From Phycisphaerae bacterium (GTDB lineage Bacteria > Planctomycetota > Phycisphaerae > UBA1845): DNA of 64,000 nucleotides. This document shows, one piece after another, positions 1-10,185 of this stretch (within the stretch, counting starts at the first letter, position 1; each line of letters starts with the position of its first letter). A program made the position numbers and the translations under genes. The notes under the pieces were generated by a model. That model had not been told where the DNA came from, ran no database searches, and saw only the letters and a program-made list of their open reading frames with translations. The DNA lies in assembly GCA_963666835.2 (NCBI GenBank), contig CAXXGO010000001.1:1-64000 (forward strand), written 5' to 3'.

Positions 1-474
1 AACTCCGGGGGGCCGCTCCTGGATAGCTCCGGCCGCCTCATCGGGGTTAATACTCAGATTGCCAGCCCGTCGGGGGCCAGCGCCGGTATCGGCTTTGCGG
101 TTCCGATCGACATCGTGAGTGAGGTCGTCCCGGATTTAATCAGGTACGGGCGGGTGATCCGGCCTGCCCTGGGTGTTGTCCTGTTTCAGGACTGGCAGAC
201 CCGCCGACTCCGTCTCCGCGGCCCGCTGATCGACGAAGTGGCCGACGGCAGCGGGGCCGCCAAAGCCGGTCTGCGCGGAACACGGCTTGATGGTCGGGGT
301 CGAATCCTCCGTATGGGGGACGTCATCGTGAAAGTGGGCGATGCAAACGTTCAGACCTCGATCGACCTGAGAGATGCGTTGGACCTGTACAAGGCCGGGG
401 ACGCCGTTCCGGTCACGTTCATTCGAGACGAGCGGATGCACACGGTCGACGTAACCCTGCAATCGCTGCGCTAA
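1..474 (+). CDS. HtrA/DegP-family serine protease with C-terminal PDZ domain (5'-truncated by window)
   Basis: Frame 1 from base 1 reads NSGGPLLDSSGRLIGVNTQIASPSGASAGIGFAVP (catalytic Ser motif), followed by a PDZ-like segment (GSGAAKAGLRG...GDVIVKVG). Confidence 0.93.
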   Translation, partial: NSGGPLLDSSGRLIGVNTQIASPSGASAGIGFAVPIDIVSEVVPDLIRYGRVIRPALGVVLFQDWQTRRLRLRGPLIDEVADGSGAAKAGLRGTRLDGRGRILRMGDVIVKVGDANVQTSIDLRDALDLYKAGDAVPVTFIRDERMHTVDVTLQSLR

Positions 475-975
475 CCTCGTGCTCGTTATGGGAAACAGGA
501 GCAGCGCGTACGCTCGCTGAGTTTCGGAATCGGGACGTCTTCACAGCCGCAGGGTGGTATGGGGCGGGCGTCGGCGGATGTGTCCTGATCGGGGCGCTAT
601 CGGGAAATCCTCGATAGTTACTGAAAGCGATTTCAGGGTTATCGTCACATCCGGAAGGTTCGCTTTCCGATCGTCCTATATTGCGACTCTGTGCAAGATG
701 TGGAAGCTGCCGATCGGTTGCTTGCAAGATGTTGTATTACCCTGTGAGTTTCTCGGACGGTGGGTTCATTTTCCCTCAAGATCGGAAAACGGCTCTGACG
801 ATACTACAAACGGCGGCGATGCCGTCCGGGGGTTGGCCGATGGATCGGGCTCTTCGTTGTGGTGACACCCCTGATTCCTCACTGGCAATTCATGGATGAA
901 TGCCTGAGCGGGGCAGTGGGCGAAGGTGGTGGACTCCGGAAGGAGAGTCTATCGGCGCCGGTTGTGGCGGTGCGC

Positions 976-983
976 GCCGATAA
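976..983 (+). promoter_or_regulatory. Possible sigma-28 (FliA) -10 box upstream of flgM
   Basis: Exact GCCGATAA about 60 nt upstream of the flgM-like start; no matching TAAA -35 at the expected spacing. Confidence 0.3.
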
Positions 984-1043
984 TCGACTGCCTGGCCTGT
1001 AAAGGACGATCAGCCAAGGCGGGTCGCTCAAGGACGTGGCGCA

Positions 1044-1319
1044 ATGAGTGAGATTACCAATATTGGCAGCTTGTATGCCTTGCCTCCCCTAAGCCGGGAA
1101 TCGTCGGCTTCGACGATTTATCGGCCTCAGACATCTACGCCGACGGTGGATACCGTCGAGTTCTCCAGGAGGGGGACCGACCTCGCCAAGGCCATGGAAG
1201 AGTCGAGCATGCGGATTGCGCGAACCAGGGCCATCCGCGAGCAGATTCAAAACGGCACATTCGAGACTCCCGAACGTATCAATGGCACGGTAGATCGCCT
1301 GCTCGACATCATTGTCTAG
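1044..1319 (+). CDS. flgM: Anti-sigma-28 factor FlgM family protein
   Basis: 91 aa; DTVEFS...RIARTRAIREQIQNGTFETPERINGTVDRLL fits the FlgM pattern (D.V.lS...R..kV..ik..I..G.Y). Confidence 0.8.
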   Translation: MSEITNIGSLYALPPLSRESSASTIYRPQTSTPTVDTVEFSRRGTDLAKAMEESSMRIARTRAIREQIQNGTFETPERINGTVDRLLDIIV

Positions 1320-1458
1320 CTGACCCGGGGTGGCACTCTGCTGCTTCGCCGCCTCGTTTGCCCCGGGCTAAGTCGTTGATCGCTTTCGGTGCACGTTTGG
1401 CCTCTCTTGGCGTGTCGACAAAAGACCCGCCGCCGTGACGCGTGATGCAGCGCTCCGT

Positions 1459-1488
1459 GGCAGGTCTCGTTCCTCGACCGTGCCCTAC
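1459..1488. repeat. REP-like family A, single copy
   Basis: ggcaggtctcgttcctcgaccgtgccctac matches the family-A unit of the 3173-3833 array. Confidence 0.85.
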
Positions 1489-1638
1489 ACTCGCCCGCGC
1501 TGCCCTGCAGACCCGGGGCGAGTGGCTCAGGTCCTGTGCGATTCAGCAGCGGCAGAGCAGGTGATTCACCTGCCTTCAATCCTGTATTCGGCGAGCACGG
1601 TGAGTAATCCACCGTTTGCGTCATTTCGGCGATTACGG

Positions 1639-3144
1639 ATGATGATCGCCATGAATCCTGAGTCTGCGCCGCCCGTCATCGACCGACGTCGTCGCTTGGC
1701 GACCGTTGCCGTTCTGCTGGTGATTATCACCGCTTTCGGGGCCTATTTGCGATTCGCCGGGTTGGGGGTGCGATCCCTGTGGCATGATGAGTTCTGCACC
1801 TGGCATGTATCGCAAATGCCTTTAGGGGAGAGCCTACGTTGGGCTCCGGAGATCATCCCGCCGCTTTACCAATTCAGCGTGCGGCTTGTGACCAACGACG
1901 CCCATCCGTCGGAATGGGTCTTGCGATTCCCGGCCGCGGTTTGCGGGGTTTTGACGATCCTCGCGGCCGGGTGGCTCGGGCGGCAGGCGGGCGGCTGGTC
2001 GATTGGGCTTTCCCTGGCGGCACTGGTGGCCTGCTGCCCGTCTCAGATCGAATACAGTCAGGAGGCACGCTCGTACACGATGCTCATGTTGGGCACGGTA
2101 TTGTCCGTGGTGCTTTGGCGTCGCGTCGTGGAGGGCGGGCGGTGGAAGTACATAGCGGCCTATTCCGTCGCTACCGCGGCGACCTTGCACGCGCATTATC
2201 TGTGCGGCTTGACGATCATCGCCGAGATTCTCTGGGCGGTGTTCTGGTGGCTGCGGCACCGGACCCGAGCCGGTCGACCGCTTCTCGCGCTGAGCTTCGC
2301 CGGGCTGCTTTGCGTGCCGCTATTGATCCAACGCCTCTCCGCCCGCAATGTGATCCACGGGCTGACTTGGGTGGATCCGGCGACTTTTCGGCGGACGTTT
2401 GCCGTGCTGACGGACCTGACCTTCGGGGTCGAGTGGCTGGTTGTCTTGGCCGCGTCCTTGGTGCTCGCGGGGTTTACTCGGCGCATCTCGCGGCGCTATG
2501 GCGGCGACCGGGGTGGGCTGTCACGGAACGAGCGCAGCACGCTACTTCTGCTTGGCCTGTGGCTGGGCGTGGCCTGGCTCGGATTGGTGGTGATTTCGTG
2601 GCTGGGGCAACCGGCGTTGGTCGAGCGATATGCTCTGCCGGCCGCGGCTCCGGCGTTACTCATCCCCCTGCTTGTGGCACGATATTGGCACAAATATGCC
2701 CCGCCGATCGTTGCGCTGTTGATTATAGTGGCCGCGGCTCCTGAATGGGTATTGCAGGCCACCGAGTACGAATCGGGGTTCCGCGAACTGTCCGCCTATC
2801 TGCGAGAGAATGCGGACCCGGTGGACGAGCTGACCGTGCTGGCCGCCGACGGCACGGTCGACCCCCGTTGGACCGAGACCGAGCGGCTGGCCTTTGCGTA
2901 CTATCCGCCGGACGATCGTACGATTCACGTGGTCCGCTTCGATCCGGCGACCCCGCCGGAGCCGGGCAGTGTGCTGTTCGACCCCCGGCCGCTGAATCTG
3001 GTGGTCTTTCGCGGTGATCCTCGCGCCACACTCACCGCGGCCGGGCGCGAGATTCAGCCGATCCAGTTCGAAGGGGACGAGTACACTCGGCTGCCCTTTG
3101 CCGCCTACCGGCTGATCCGGGTGGCAGGTTTGGGGGGATCATAG
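1639..3144 (+). CDS. GT-C fold membrane glycosyltransferase (GT39/ArnT/PMT-like)
   Basis: SLWHDE, PPLY, LRFPAAVCG and YSQEARSY motifs with many TM segments. Start probably 1639-1651; the extension to 1435 runs through a REP. Confidence 0.85.
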   Translation: MMIAMNPESAPPVIDRRRRLATVAVLLVIITAFGAYLRFAGLGVRSLWHDEFCTWHVSQMPLGESLRWAPEIIPPLYQFSVRLVTNDAHPSEWVLRFPAAVCGVLTILAAGWLGRQAGGWSIGLSLAALVACCPSQIEYSQEARSYTMLMLGTVLSVVLWRRVVEGGRWKYIAAYSVATAATLHAHYLCGLTIIAEILWAVFWWLRHRTRAGRPLLALSFAGLLCVPLLIQRLSARNVIHGLTWVDPATFRRTFAVLTDLTFGVEWLVVLAASLVLAGFTRRISRRYGGDRGGLSRNERSTLLLLGLWLGVAWLGLVVISWLGQPALVERYALPAAAPALLIPLLVARYWHKYAPPIVALLIIVAAAPEWVLQATEYESGFRELSAYLRENADPVDELTVLAADGTVDPRWTETERLAFAYYPPDDRTIHVVRFDPATPPEPGSVLFDPRPLNLVVFRGDPRATLTAAGREIQPIQFEGDEYTRLPFAAYRLIRVAGLGGS

Positions 3145-3172
3145 GCAGTCTTCGCGCGATAGGCGTTTTTGC

Positions 3173-3833
3173 GGCAGGTCTCGTACCTCGACCGTGCCCT
3201 ACGAGGTCTTCGCACGACGCGCGCCATTGTGGCAGGTCTCGTACCTCGACCGTGCCCTACAGGAGTGACAACAGGGTGTCATGGGTCAACTTGTTGACCC
3301 GTGGAGCTTGGCGCGCCGCGGGCCTCCATGGCACCCGGCAGGTGTAGGGCATGGTCGAGGAACGAGACCTGCCGTAGTCCTCGCGCGACGTGCGGCTTCT
3401 GTGGCAGGTCTCGTGCCTCGACCGTGCCCTACGAGGTCCTCGCGCGATGTGCAGCTTCTGTGGCAGGTCTCGTACCTCGACCGTGACCAACGAGGTCTTC
3501 GCACGATGTGCAGCTTCTGTGGCAGGTCTCGTGCCTCGACCGTGCCCTACGAGGTCCGGGCGCGCCGCTCGCCATTGTGGCAGGTCTCGTGCCTCGACCG
3601 TGACCAACGAGGTCTTCGCACGACGCGCGGCCTTGATGGCAGGTCTCGTGCGTCGACCGTGCCCAACAGGGGTGCCACCTGGGTGTCATGGGGCAACTTG
3701 TTGAACCGTGACGCGTCAGGGACATAGGGCGGGTCGCTTACGCTCGCCGTCTGATGGCAGATCTCGTGCCTCGACCATGCCCTACAGGTGATGCCACCCC
3801 TCTCGGCAGGTCTCGTTCCTCGACCTGCCCTAC
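3173..3833. repeat. REP-like array 1 (family A, 30-nt GGCAGGTCTCGT(G/A/T)CCTCGACCGTGCCCTAC, period ~58-59 nt) with interleaved other families
   Basis: Copies at about 3173, 3231, 3344 (inverted), 3403, 3462, 3521, 3579, 3638, 3755, 3805. The reverse complement starts with GTAG followed by an imperfect palindrome, as in GTAG-type REPs. Confidence 0.9.
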
Positions 3834-3847
3834 AAGTGGGCCACGCA

Positions 3848-5275
3848 TTACGAGGTCCTGCGGGTCGAGAAAGCCAGTTTGCTTAGGGTCATTAGCAGAA
3901 GGGTTAGTACGACCAAGCCCCAGGTTGAGACGGTGGGGATGTACTGGGTGCAGTCCGGGATCCCGTTGTTGTCGTGGTCGTAGCGGTCGTCCAGACCTTC
4001 GCATTGGTCGATGCAGTCCGGAAAGGTATCTTGGTCGGCATCGTTGTCACTCACTCCGCAGCCGCAGATCCCCGGTTCGATCTTCTCCGGGTCGTTCTTG
4101 CAGGCGTCGAGGCAATCCATGGTGCCGTCGTTGTCAGAGTCAATATCCGGGCTGCTGCATCCGCATACGCCCGGTTCGAGCTTGTCACCGTTGTCGGGGC
4201 ACCCATCACCGCAGCTCCCGTCCAGGCCGTCGCCGTCGGCATCGCCTTCGCACGCGGTCAGTTCACCCTGCGGGATGCCGCCAGCCGTCGTGCAGTCTTC
4301 TGCCGGGAGGTTTGTGCAGCTACCGTCCGCCTGGCAGCAGGCCTCCACGGCTCCGTAGGTGTATTGCACCACATTGACGGCGGCGCCGTCGTCAAAGGTA
4401 AACGTCGTGGTCTCGCCCGTCGTCAGGGCACGGTCCAGGACGACCTGCACGGTATCGACGTCGTATTCCTCCAGCCGCAGCACTTGGGTGACCACGGGCA
4501 CGGGACCGCCGGTAGCCTCTACCGTTATTTCGTCGACATTCACGCTATTGGCCGAATCGAAGGTTATGCTGAACCGATCGAGGCCTGGGTACGAGGCGGT
4601 GTCGATTTGCCCGGCGGGTGGATCGGTTGCGATGATCTGCTCCCCGTGAGAAACGGTCCCGCACCGTATCGCATCCCACTCATGGGTCTTGTCAGTCGTG
4701 CAATCCGCGCAGGAGTTCTTCGCGGCGAACTGTACATAGGCTCTGTTCGTCACTTGATGTTGGGAGCCGGTGACAAAGACAGTACCATCGACCGAGAAAC
4801 GGTAGTCGACCCCGTCGAGGCTCTCAAACCGATATGTGTGGAACTTGTTGATGTCGAGGCCCGTAATCCACCCGCTCCCCGGCGAAAAGGCCGAATCCCC
4901 GTACATGTATATCCAATCCACTATCTCACCGTAGGTGACGGCTAGTGTCGCATCGCATGTCCACCAAATCGTCCCGACCGCAACATTGGAGCGGAAGCGT
5001 CCCTCGACCCAGAGGCTCGGAGGCTGCTCCTCGCCAAACTCGGTGATGTCGCGGTGATAGATGGCGCGCCCGCCACAATCGGACCATTGGTAGATGAAAT
5101 GGCCGTCCTCCACCCGTTCGGTGCACGGACTCTCACATGCGTGGGCAACGTGCCAACCCTCGGCCGGGTCGGTTGGCATGACATCGCCCTCGTAGCGGTA
5201 CAGGACGTCGTCGGCGAGAACGGAAACGGGTGAAACCGCAAGAAGAACAACCAATAACGACAGTTGCCTGGGCAT
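3848..5275 (-). CDS. Secreted Cys/Asp-rich protein with TSP3-like Ca-binding repeats and IPTL-CTERM sorting signal (copy 1)
   Basis: Signal peptide MPRQLSLLVVLLAVSPVSVLA; DxDxDG...C and KxEPGxCGCG repeats; C-terminal IPTVSTWGLVVLTLLLM plus basic tail. Confidence 0.85.
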   Translation of the reverse strand: MPRQLSLLVVLLAVSPVSVLADDVLYRYEGDVMPTDPAEGWHVAHACESPCTERVEDGHFIYQWSDCGGRAIYHRDITEFGEEQPPSLWVEGRFRSNVAVGTIWWTCDATLAVTYGEIVDWIYMYGDSAFSPGSGWITGLDINKFHTYRFESLDGVDYRFSVDGTVFVTGSQHQVTNRAYVQFAAKNSCADCTTDKTHEWDAIRCGTVSHGEQIIATDPPAGQIDTASYPGLDRFSITFDSANSVNVDEITVEATGGPVPVVTQVLRLEEYDVDTVQVVLDRALTTGETTTFTFDDGAAVNVVQYTYGAVEACCQADGSCTNLPAEDCTTAGGIPQGELTACEGDADGDGLDGSCGDGCPDNGDKLEPGVCGCSSPDIDSDNDGTMDCLDACKNDPEKIEPGICGCGVSDNDADQDTFPDCIDQCEGLDDRYDHDNNGIPDCTQYIPTVSTWGLVVLTLLLMTLSKLAFSTRRTS

Positions 5276-5307
5276 GACCTACCTCCCTCCATAGAAGACC
5301 GCCCACT

Positions 5308-5336
5308 ACGATATCCAATCTCGACGCCCATGTCAA
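5308..5336 (-). promoter_or_regulatory. Putative sigma-70 promoter of the IPTL-CTERM gene (identical copy at 7483-7511)
   Basis: Minus strand TTGACA-N17-TATCGT, followed by a GGAGGGAGGT RBS. Confidence 0.5.
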
Positions 5337-5438
5337 GGTGAATTAACAATATGTCAGTGGGCGGACCGCCGCTCGATCGGTATCGCGACTGGTGAGAGAG
5401 TGGGCACGATGCGTGGCCAGGTCGCTACGTATCGCTCA

Positions 5439-6008
5439 TGGGCGGGTCGCTCACGCTCGCCGTGCTGAATTGGGCGGGTCGCTCACGCTTGCCGTACCTA
5501 TAAGGCAGCGCCGGCAGGTGTAGGGCATGGTCGAGGAACGAGACCTGCCGTAGTCCTCGCGCGACGTGCGGCTTCTGTGGCAGGTCTCGTGCCTCGACCG
5601 TGACCAACGAGGTCTTCGCACGACGCGCGCCATTGTGGCAGGTCTCGTGCCTCGACCGTGCCCTACGAGGTCCGGGCGCGCCGCGCGGCATTGTGGCAGG
5701 TCTCGTGCCTCGACCGTGCCCTACGAGGTCTTCGCGCGACGTGCGGCTTCTGTGGCAGGTCTCGTGCCTCGACCGTGACCAACGAGGTCTTCGCACGACG
5801 CGCGGCCTTGATGGCAGGTCTCGTGCGTCGACCGTGCCCAACAGGGGTGCCACCTGGGTGTCATGGGGCAACTTGTTGAACCGTGACGCGTCAGGGACAT
5901 AGGGCGGGTCGCTTACGCTCGCCGTCTGATGGCAGATCTCGTGCCTCGACCATGCCCTACAGGTGATGCCACCCCTCTCGGCAGGTCTCGTTCCTCGACC
6001 TGCCCTAC
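5439..6008. repeat. REP-like array 2 (family A plus gggcgggtcgctcacgctcgccgt family)
   Basis: Same units as array 1, offset by 2175 bp, with rearranged internal unit order. Confidence 0.9.
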
Positions 6009-6022
6009 AAGTGGGCCACGCA

Positions 6023-7450
6023 TTACGAGGTCCTGCGGGTCGAGAAAGCCAGTTTGCTTAGGGTCATTAGCAGAAGGGTTAGTACGACCAAGCCCCAGGT
6101 TGAGACGGTGGGGATGTACTGGGTGCAGTCCGGGATCCCGTTGTTGTCGTGGTCGTAGCGGTCGTCCAGACCTTCGCATTGGTCGATGCAGTCCGGAAAG
6201 GTATCTTGGTCGGCATCGTTGTCACTCACTCCGCAGCCGCAGATCCCCGGTTCGATCTTCTCCGGGTCGTTCTTGCAGGCGTCGAGGCAATCCATGGTGC
6301 CGTCGTTGTCAGAGTCAATATCCGGGCTGCTGCATCCGCATACGCCCGGTTCGAGCTTGTCACCGTTGTCGGGGCACCCATCACCGCAGCTCCCGTCCAG
6401 GCCGTCGCCGTCGGCATCGCCTTCGCACGCGGTCAGTTCACCCTGCGGGATGCCGCCAGCCGTCGTGCAGTCTTCTGCCGGGAGGTTTGTGCAGCTACCG
6501 TCCGCCTGGCAGCAGGCCTCCACGGCTCCGTAGACGTATTGGACCACATTGACGGCGGCGCCGTCGTCGAAGGTAAACGTGGTGGTCTCGCCCGTTGTCA
6601 GGGCGCGGTCCAGGACGATCTGCACCGTATCGACATCGTATTCCTCCAGCCGCAGCACTTGGGTAACCACGGGCACGGGGCCGCCGGTAACCTCTACGGT
6701 AATCTGGTCCGTGTACACGTTGTTGGCCGAATCGAAGGTCACGCTGAACCGATCGAGACCTGGGTACGAAGCGGTGTCGATTTGCCCGGCGGGTGGATCG
6801 GTTGCGATGATCTGCTCCCCGTGAGAAACGGTCCCGCACCGTATCGCATCCCACTCATGGGTCTTGTCAGTCGTGCAATCCGCGCAGGAGTTCTTCGCGG
6901 CGAACTGTACATAGGCTCTGTTCGTCACTTGATGTTGGGAGCCGGTGACAAAGACAGTACCATCGACCGAGAAACGGTAGTCGACCCCGTCGAGGCTCTC
7001 AAACCGATATGTGTGGAACTTGTTGATGTCGAGGCCCGTAATCCACCCGCTCCCCGGTGAAAAGGCCGAATCCCCGTACATGTATATCCAATCCACTATC
7101 TCGCCATAGATCACGGAGAAGGAAGCATCACATGTCCACCAAATCGTCCCGACCGCAACATTGGAGCGGAAGCGTCCCTCGACCCAGAGGCTCGGAGGCT
7201 GCTGCTCGCCGAATTCGGTGATGTCACGGTGATAGCGGGCGCGCCCGCCACAATCGGACCATTGGTAGATGAAATGGCCGTCCTCCACCCGTTCGGTGCA
7301 CGGACTCTCACATGCGTGGGCAACGTGCCAACCCTCGGCCGGGTCGGTTGGCATGACATCGCCCTCGTAGCGGTACAGGACGTCGTCGGCGAGAACGGAA
7401 ACGGGTGAAACCGCAAGAAGAACAACCAATAACGACAGTTGCCTGGGCAT
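6023..7450 (-). CDS. Secreted IPTL-CTERM protein (copy 2)
   Basis: 475 aa; differs from copy 1 at 14 residues by manual comparison. Confidence 0.85.
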   Translation of the reverse strand: MPRQLSLLVVLLAVSPVSVLADDVLYRYEGDVMPTDPAEGWHVAHACESPCTERVEDGHFIYQWSDCGGRARYHRDITEFGEQQPPSLWVEGRFRSNVAVGTIWWTCDASFSVIYGEIVDWIYMYGDSAFSPGSGWITGLDINKFHTYRFESLDGVDYRFSVDGTVFVTGSQHQVTNRAYVQFAAKNSCADCTTDKTHEWDAIRCGTVSHGEQIIATDPPAGQIDTASYPGLDRFSVTFDSANNVYTDQITVEVTGGPVPVVTQVLRLEEYDVDTVQIVLDRALTTGETTTFTFDDGAAVNVVQYVYGAVEACCQADGSCTNLPAEDCTTAGGIPQGELTACEGDADGDGLDGSCGDGCPDNGDKLEPGVCGCSSPDIDSDNDGTMDCLDACKNDPEKIEPGICGCGVSDNDADQDTFPDCIDQCEGLDDRYDHDNNGIPDCTQYIPTVSTWGLVVLTLLLMTLSKLAFSTRRTS

Positions 7451-7613
7451 GACCTACCTCCCTCCATAGAAGACCGCCCACTACGATATCCAATCTCGAC
7501 GCCCATGTCAAGGTGAATTAACAATATGTCAGTGGGCGGACCGCCGCTCGATCGGTATCGCGACTGGTGAGAGAGTGGGCACGATGCGTGGCCAGGTCGC
7601 TACGTATCGCTCA

Positions 7614-7978
7614 TGGGCGGGTCGCTCACGCTCGCCGTGCTGAATTGGGCGGGTCGCTCACGCTTGCCGTACCTATAAGGCAGCGCCGGCAGGTGTAGGG
7701 CATGGTCGAGGAACGAGACCTGCCGTAGTCCTCGCGCGACGTGCGGCTTCTGTGGCAGGTCTCGTGCCTCGACCGTGACCAACGAGGTCTTCGCACGACG
7801 CGCGCCATTGTGGCAGGTCTCGTGCCTCGACCGTGCCCTACGAGGTCCGGGCGCGCCGCGCGGCATTGCGGCAGGTCTTGTGCCTCGACCGTGCCCTACG
7901 AGGTCTTCGCGCTATGCGCGTAAGAGCTGGTCGCTCACGCTCGCCGTACCGACGGCTGGCGGGTCGCTTACGCTCGCC
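7614..7978. repeat. REP-like array 3
   Basis: Family A copies at about 7695 (inverted), 7754, 7812, 7870, flanked by gtcgctcacgctcgcc units. Confidence 0.9.
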
Positions 7979-8097
7979 ATCTGATAGGGCAGCGCCAGCG
8001 GGTGTAGGGCGGCGCAGGTGGGCGGAGGGCATGTCCGAGGCGGGATATCAACATGGTGCCGGGGCACGTGCAGCCGGGAGCCCGGGCAAGGCGTATA

Positions 8098-9213
8098 ATG
8101 GGCAACATGGCGATAGAAACGACGCAGACGAAGAACACGGTGGATCCCGATATGCTCGCCCTGCTGCATGCGGCGGCGGATCGAGGGGCCTCAGATGTAC
8201 ACCTGGTGCCGGGCTACCCGGTTTCTTATCGGGTCCACGGCCGGCTGGAGGCGGATGATGAAGTAGCCCTTACGGAGGAAGACATCCGCCGGATGGTCGA
8301 GTCTATTCTGCCCGAATCGGTGCGCGGGCGTCTGGCGGAGCACAAGAGCTACGACTGCTCCGTGGCCGTGGAACATCAGGGGGTTCCGTGCCGGTTCCGC
8401 GCCAATGTGTACCTGGCACAAGAGCGGTGGTGTGCGTGTTTGCGGCACGTGGCCAATGACATCCCCTCGTTCGAGTGGATGGGGTTCCCGGCGGGTCTGG
8501 CCGAGCGGCTGGTCGGGTATCACAACGGGCTCGTCATCATCACCGGGGTGACCGGTTCGGGAAAATCGACCACTCTGGCGGCTTTGATCGACCTGCTCAA
8601 TCGGCGCGGGGGAAGCCGCATTATTACGGTGGAGGAGCCGATCGAGTATGTACACAAGCCGGTCGGGACGAGCATCATCACGCAGCGCGAGGTCGGGCGT
8701 GATGTGGAGTCCTTCTACGACGGTCTGAAATCCGGGTTGCGGCAGGACCCCGACGTGGTACTGGTGGGCGAGATTCGCGATCGAGATACGGCGCAGATGG
8801 CCCTCAGCGCGGCCGAGACGGGTCATCTGATTATGGCGACCTTACATACCAAAGACGCCAAAGGGGCGGTAACCCGCCTGGTCGACCTGTTCCCGCACGT
8901 CGTCCAGGACGACGTCCGTACGCAGCTCAGCCTCAGTCTTCGGTCGGTGATCAGCCAGCATCTGTTGCCCCCGGTGGTCGCCGGCGAGAAGCGGGTGCTG
9001 GCCTTGGAGATCCTGCACACAAACAACCCGGTACGCGCTGCGATCAAGCAGGGCAAGATCGAATCCATCGACTCGGCGATTCAAACCGGCAAACGTGACG
9101 GAATGATGTCATTCGATGATGACCTGCAACGCGTGTTGAACGAGGGGCGAATAACCGTTCAGACCGCTCGCCGGTTCGCCAAGGACCCCGACGGGATTAC
9201 GGCGTTTCGTTGA
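8098..9213 (+). CDS. pilT: PilT/PilU-family type IV pilus ATPase
   Basis: ASDVHL, Walker A GVTGSGKSTT, ITVEEPIEY, QREVGRD, LRQDPDVVLVGEIRD, AAETGHL...TLHT. Confidence 0.9.
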   Translation: MGNMAIETTQTKNTVDPDMLALLHAAADRGASDVHLVPGYPVSYRVHGRLEADDEVALTEEDIRRMVESILPESVRGRLAEHKSYDCSVAVEHQGVPCRFRANVYLAQERWCACLRHVANDIPSFEWMGFPAGLAERLVGYHNGLVIITGVTGSGKSTTLAALIDLLNRRGGSRIITVEEPIEYVHKPVGTSIITQREVGRDVESFYDGLKSGLRQDPDVVLVGEIRDRDTAQMALSAAETGHLIMATLHTKDAKGAVTRLVDLFPHVVQDDVRTQLSLSLRSVISQHLLPPVVAGEKRVLALEILHTNNPVRAAIKQGKIESIDSAIQTGKRDGMMSFDDDLQRVLNEGRITVQTARRFAKDPDGITAFR

Positions 9214-9335
9214 GCGGGCGAAAGGGAGGCGACCGCGGTAGCGATTGACGGCAACCGGGCCGGCGTTGCGGCTGGCGCTTAACCGGGTATGGTGACGTTG
9301 CGGCGGGTTTGAGCCATCGTAGAGGAACGACGCCT

Positions 9336-10172
9336 ATGAACACCAAGAACGAGCCGGAGAATCCTCCGCCGGCGTCTAAGAGTATCCAACCGGGCCGGCG
9401 CATCTGGCCGGCGATCAGAGCCCTCCTGCGCACGCGGATCATGGCGGGATTGGCTACGGTTGTTCCCCTGTGGGTGACGTGGGTAATCCTCAAGTTTGTG
9501 TTTGATACCACGCGATCCGCCACTCAGCCCATCGTAGATTGGATAGTCAGCCGGTCGGAGGCGGCGGCGGAAGGAGCGGAGGCCGTATCCAACGCGGCGG
9601 TCGAGATGACGGCCGAGACTCAGGAGGTCGTTTCACAAGTCGTGCCGTCGTACGTGCCGTGGATCGTACCGATTGTGGCCGTAATGCTGACACTGTTCCT
9701 GCTGTACCTGTTGGGTTTGCTCACGGCCAACGTGATCGGTCGCCGGGTGGTTCTGCTCGTGGAGCGGCTCTTTGAGAGTCTTCCGCTGGTCAAGACCATC
9801 TATAGCTCGACGAAGCGTATCGTCCTGACCCTCGCCGGCGGGGGGGACTCGATGCAGTTTCAGAAGGTGGTGTTGGTGGAGTTTCCCAGGCCGGGGATGA
9901 AGTGCATCGGGTTCCTGACCTCGGTGATGGAGGATGTGGATACCGGTCGGAAGATGGCGACCGTGTTCATCTCCACCACCCCGAACCCCACTACCGGTTA
10001 CATGCAGATCATCCCGTTGGAGGAGGTCTCGGAGACCGGGTGGTCGGTGGAGGAAGCGGTCAAGCTGCTGATGTCCGGGGGGATTCTCAGTCCGGCCCGT
10101 GTGCCCTTCGACAAGGTCCATCCGGTGGTATCGGCCCCGGCAATCGTGGACGGGGTTTTGCCCAAGCCGTGA
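9336..10172 (+). CDS. DUF502 family membrane protein
   Basis: LPLVKTIYSSTK, FQKVVLVEFPRPGM, VFISTTPNPTTGY and AVKLLMSGG are typical DUF502 motifs. Confidence 0.88.
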   Translation: MNTKNEPENPPPASKSIQPGRRIWPAIRALLRTRIMAGLATVVPLWVTWVILKFVFDTTRSATQPIVDWIVSRSEAAAEGAEAVSNAAVEMTAETQEVVSQVVPSYVPWIVPIVAVMLTLFLLYLLGLLTANVIGRRVVLLVERLFESLPLVKTIYSSTKRIVLTLAGGGDSMQFQKVVLVEFPRPGMKCIGFLTSVMEDVDTGRKMATVFISTTPNPTTGYMQIIPLEEVSETGWSVEEAVKLLMSGGILSPARVPFDKVHPVVSAPAIVDGVLPKP

Positions 10173-10185
10173 TCCCGCCGGCCTG

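Noticed and set aside
1435..1638. N-terminal extension of the glycosyltransferase
   Set aside because: It translates a REP copy, and better ATG starts exist at 1639-1651.
3173..3667. CRISPR array
   Set aside because: The spacers are near-copies of one another, one unit is inverted, the unit is dispersed across the window, and no cas genes are present.
3848..7450. Diversity-generating retroelement (template/variable repeat pair with the RT at 23681)
   Set aside because: The differences involve all bases and are often synonymous rather than adenine-specific, and the RT sits inside a group II intron with domains V/VI.
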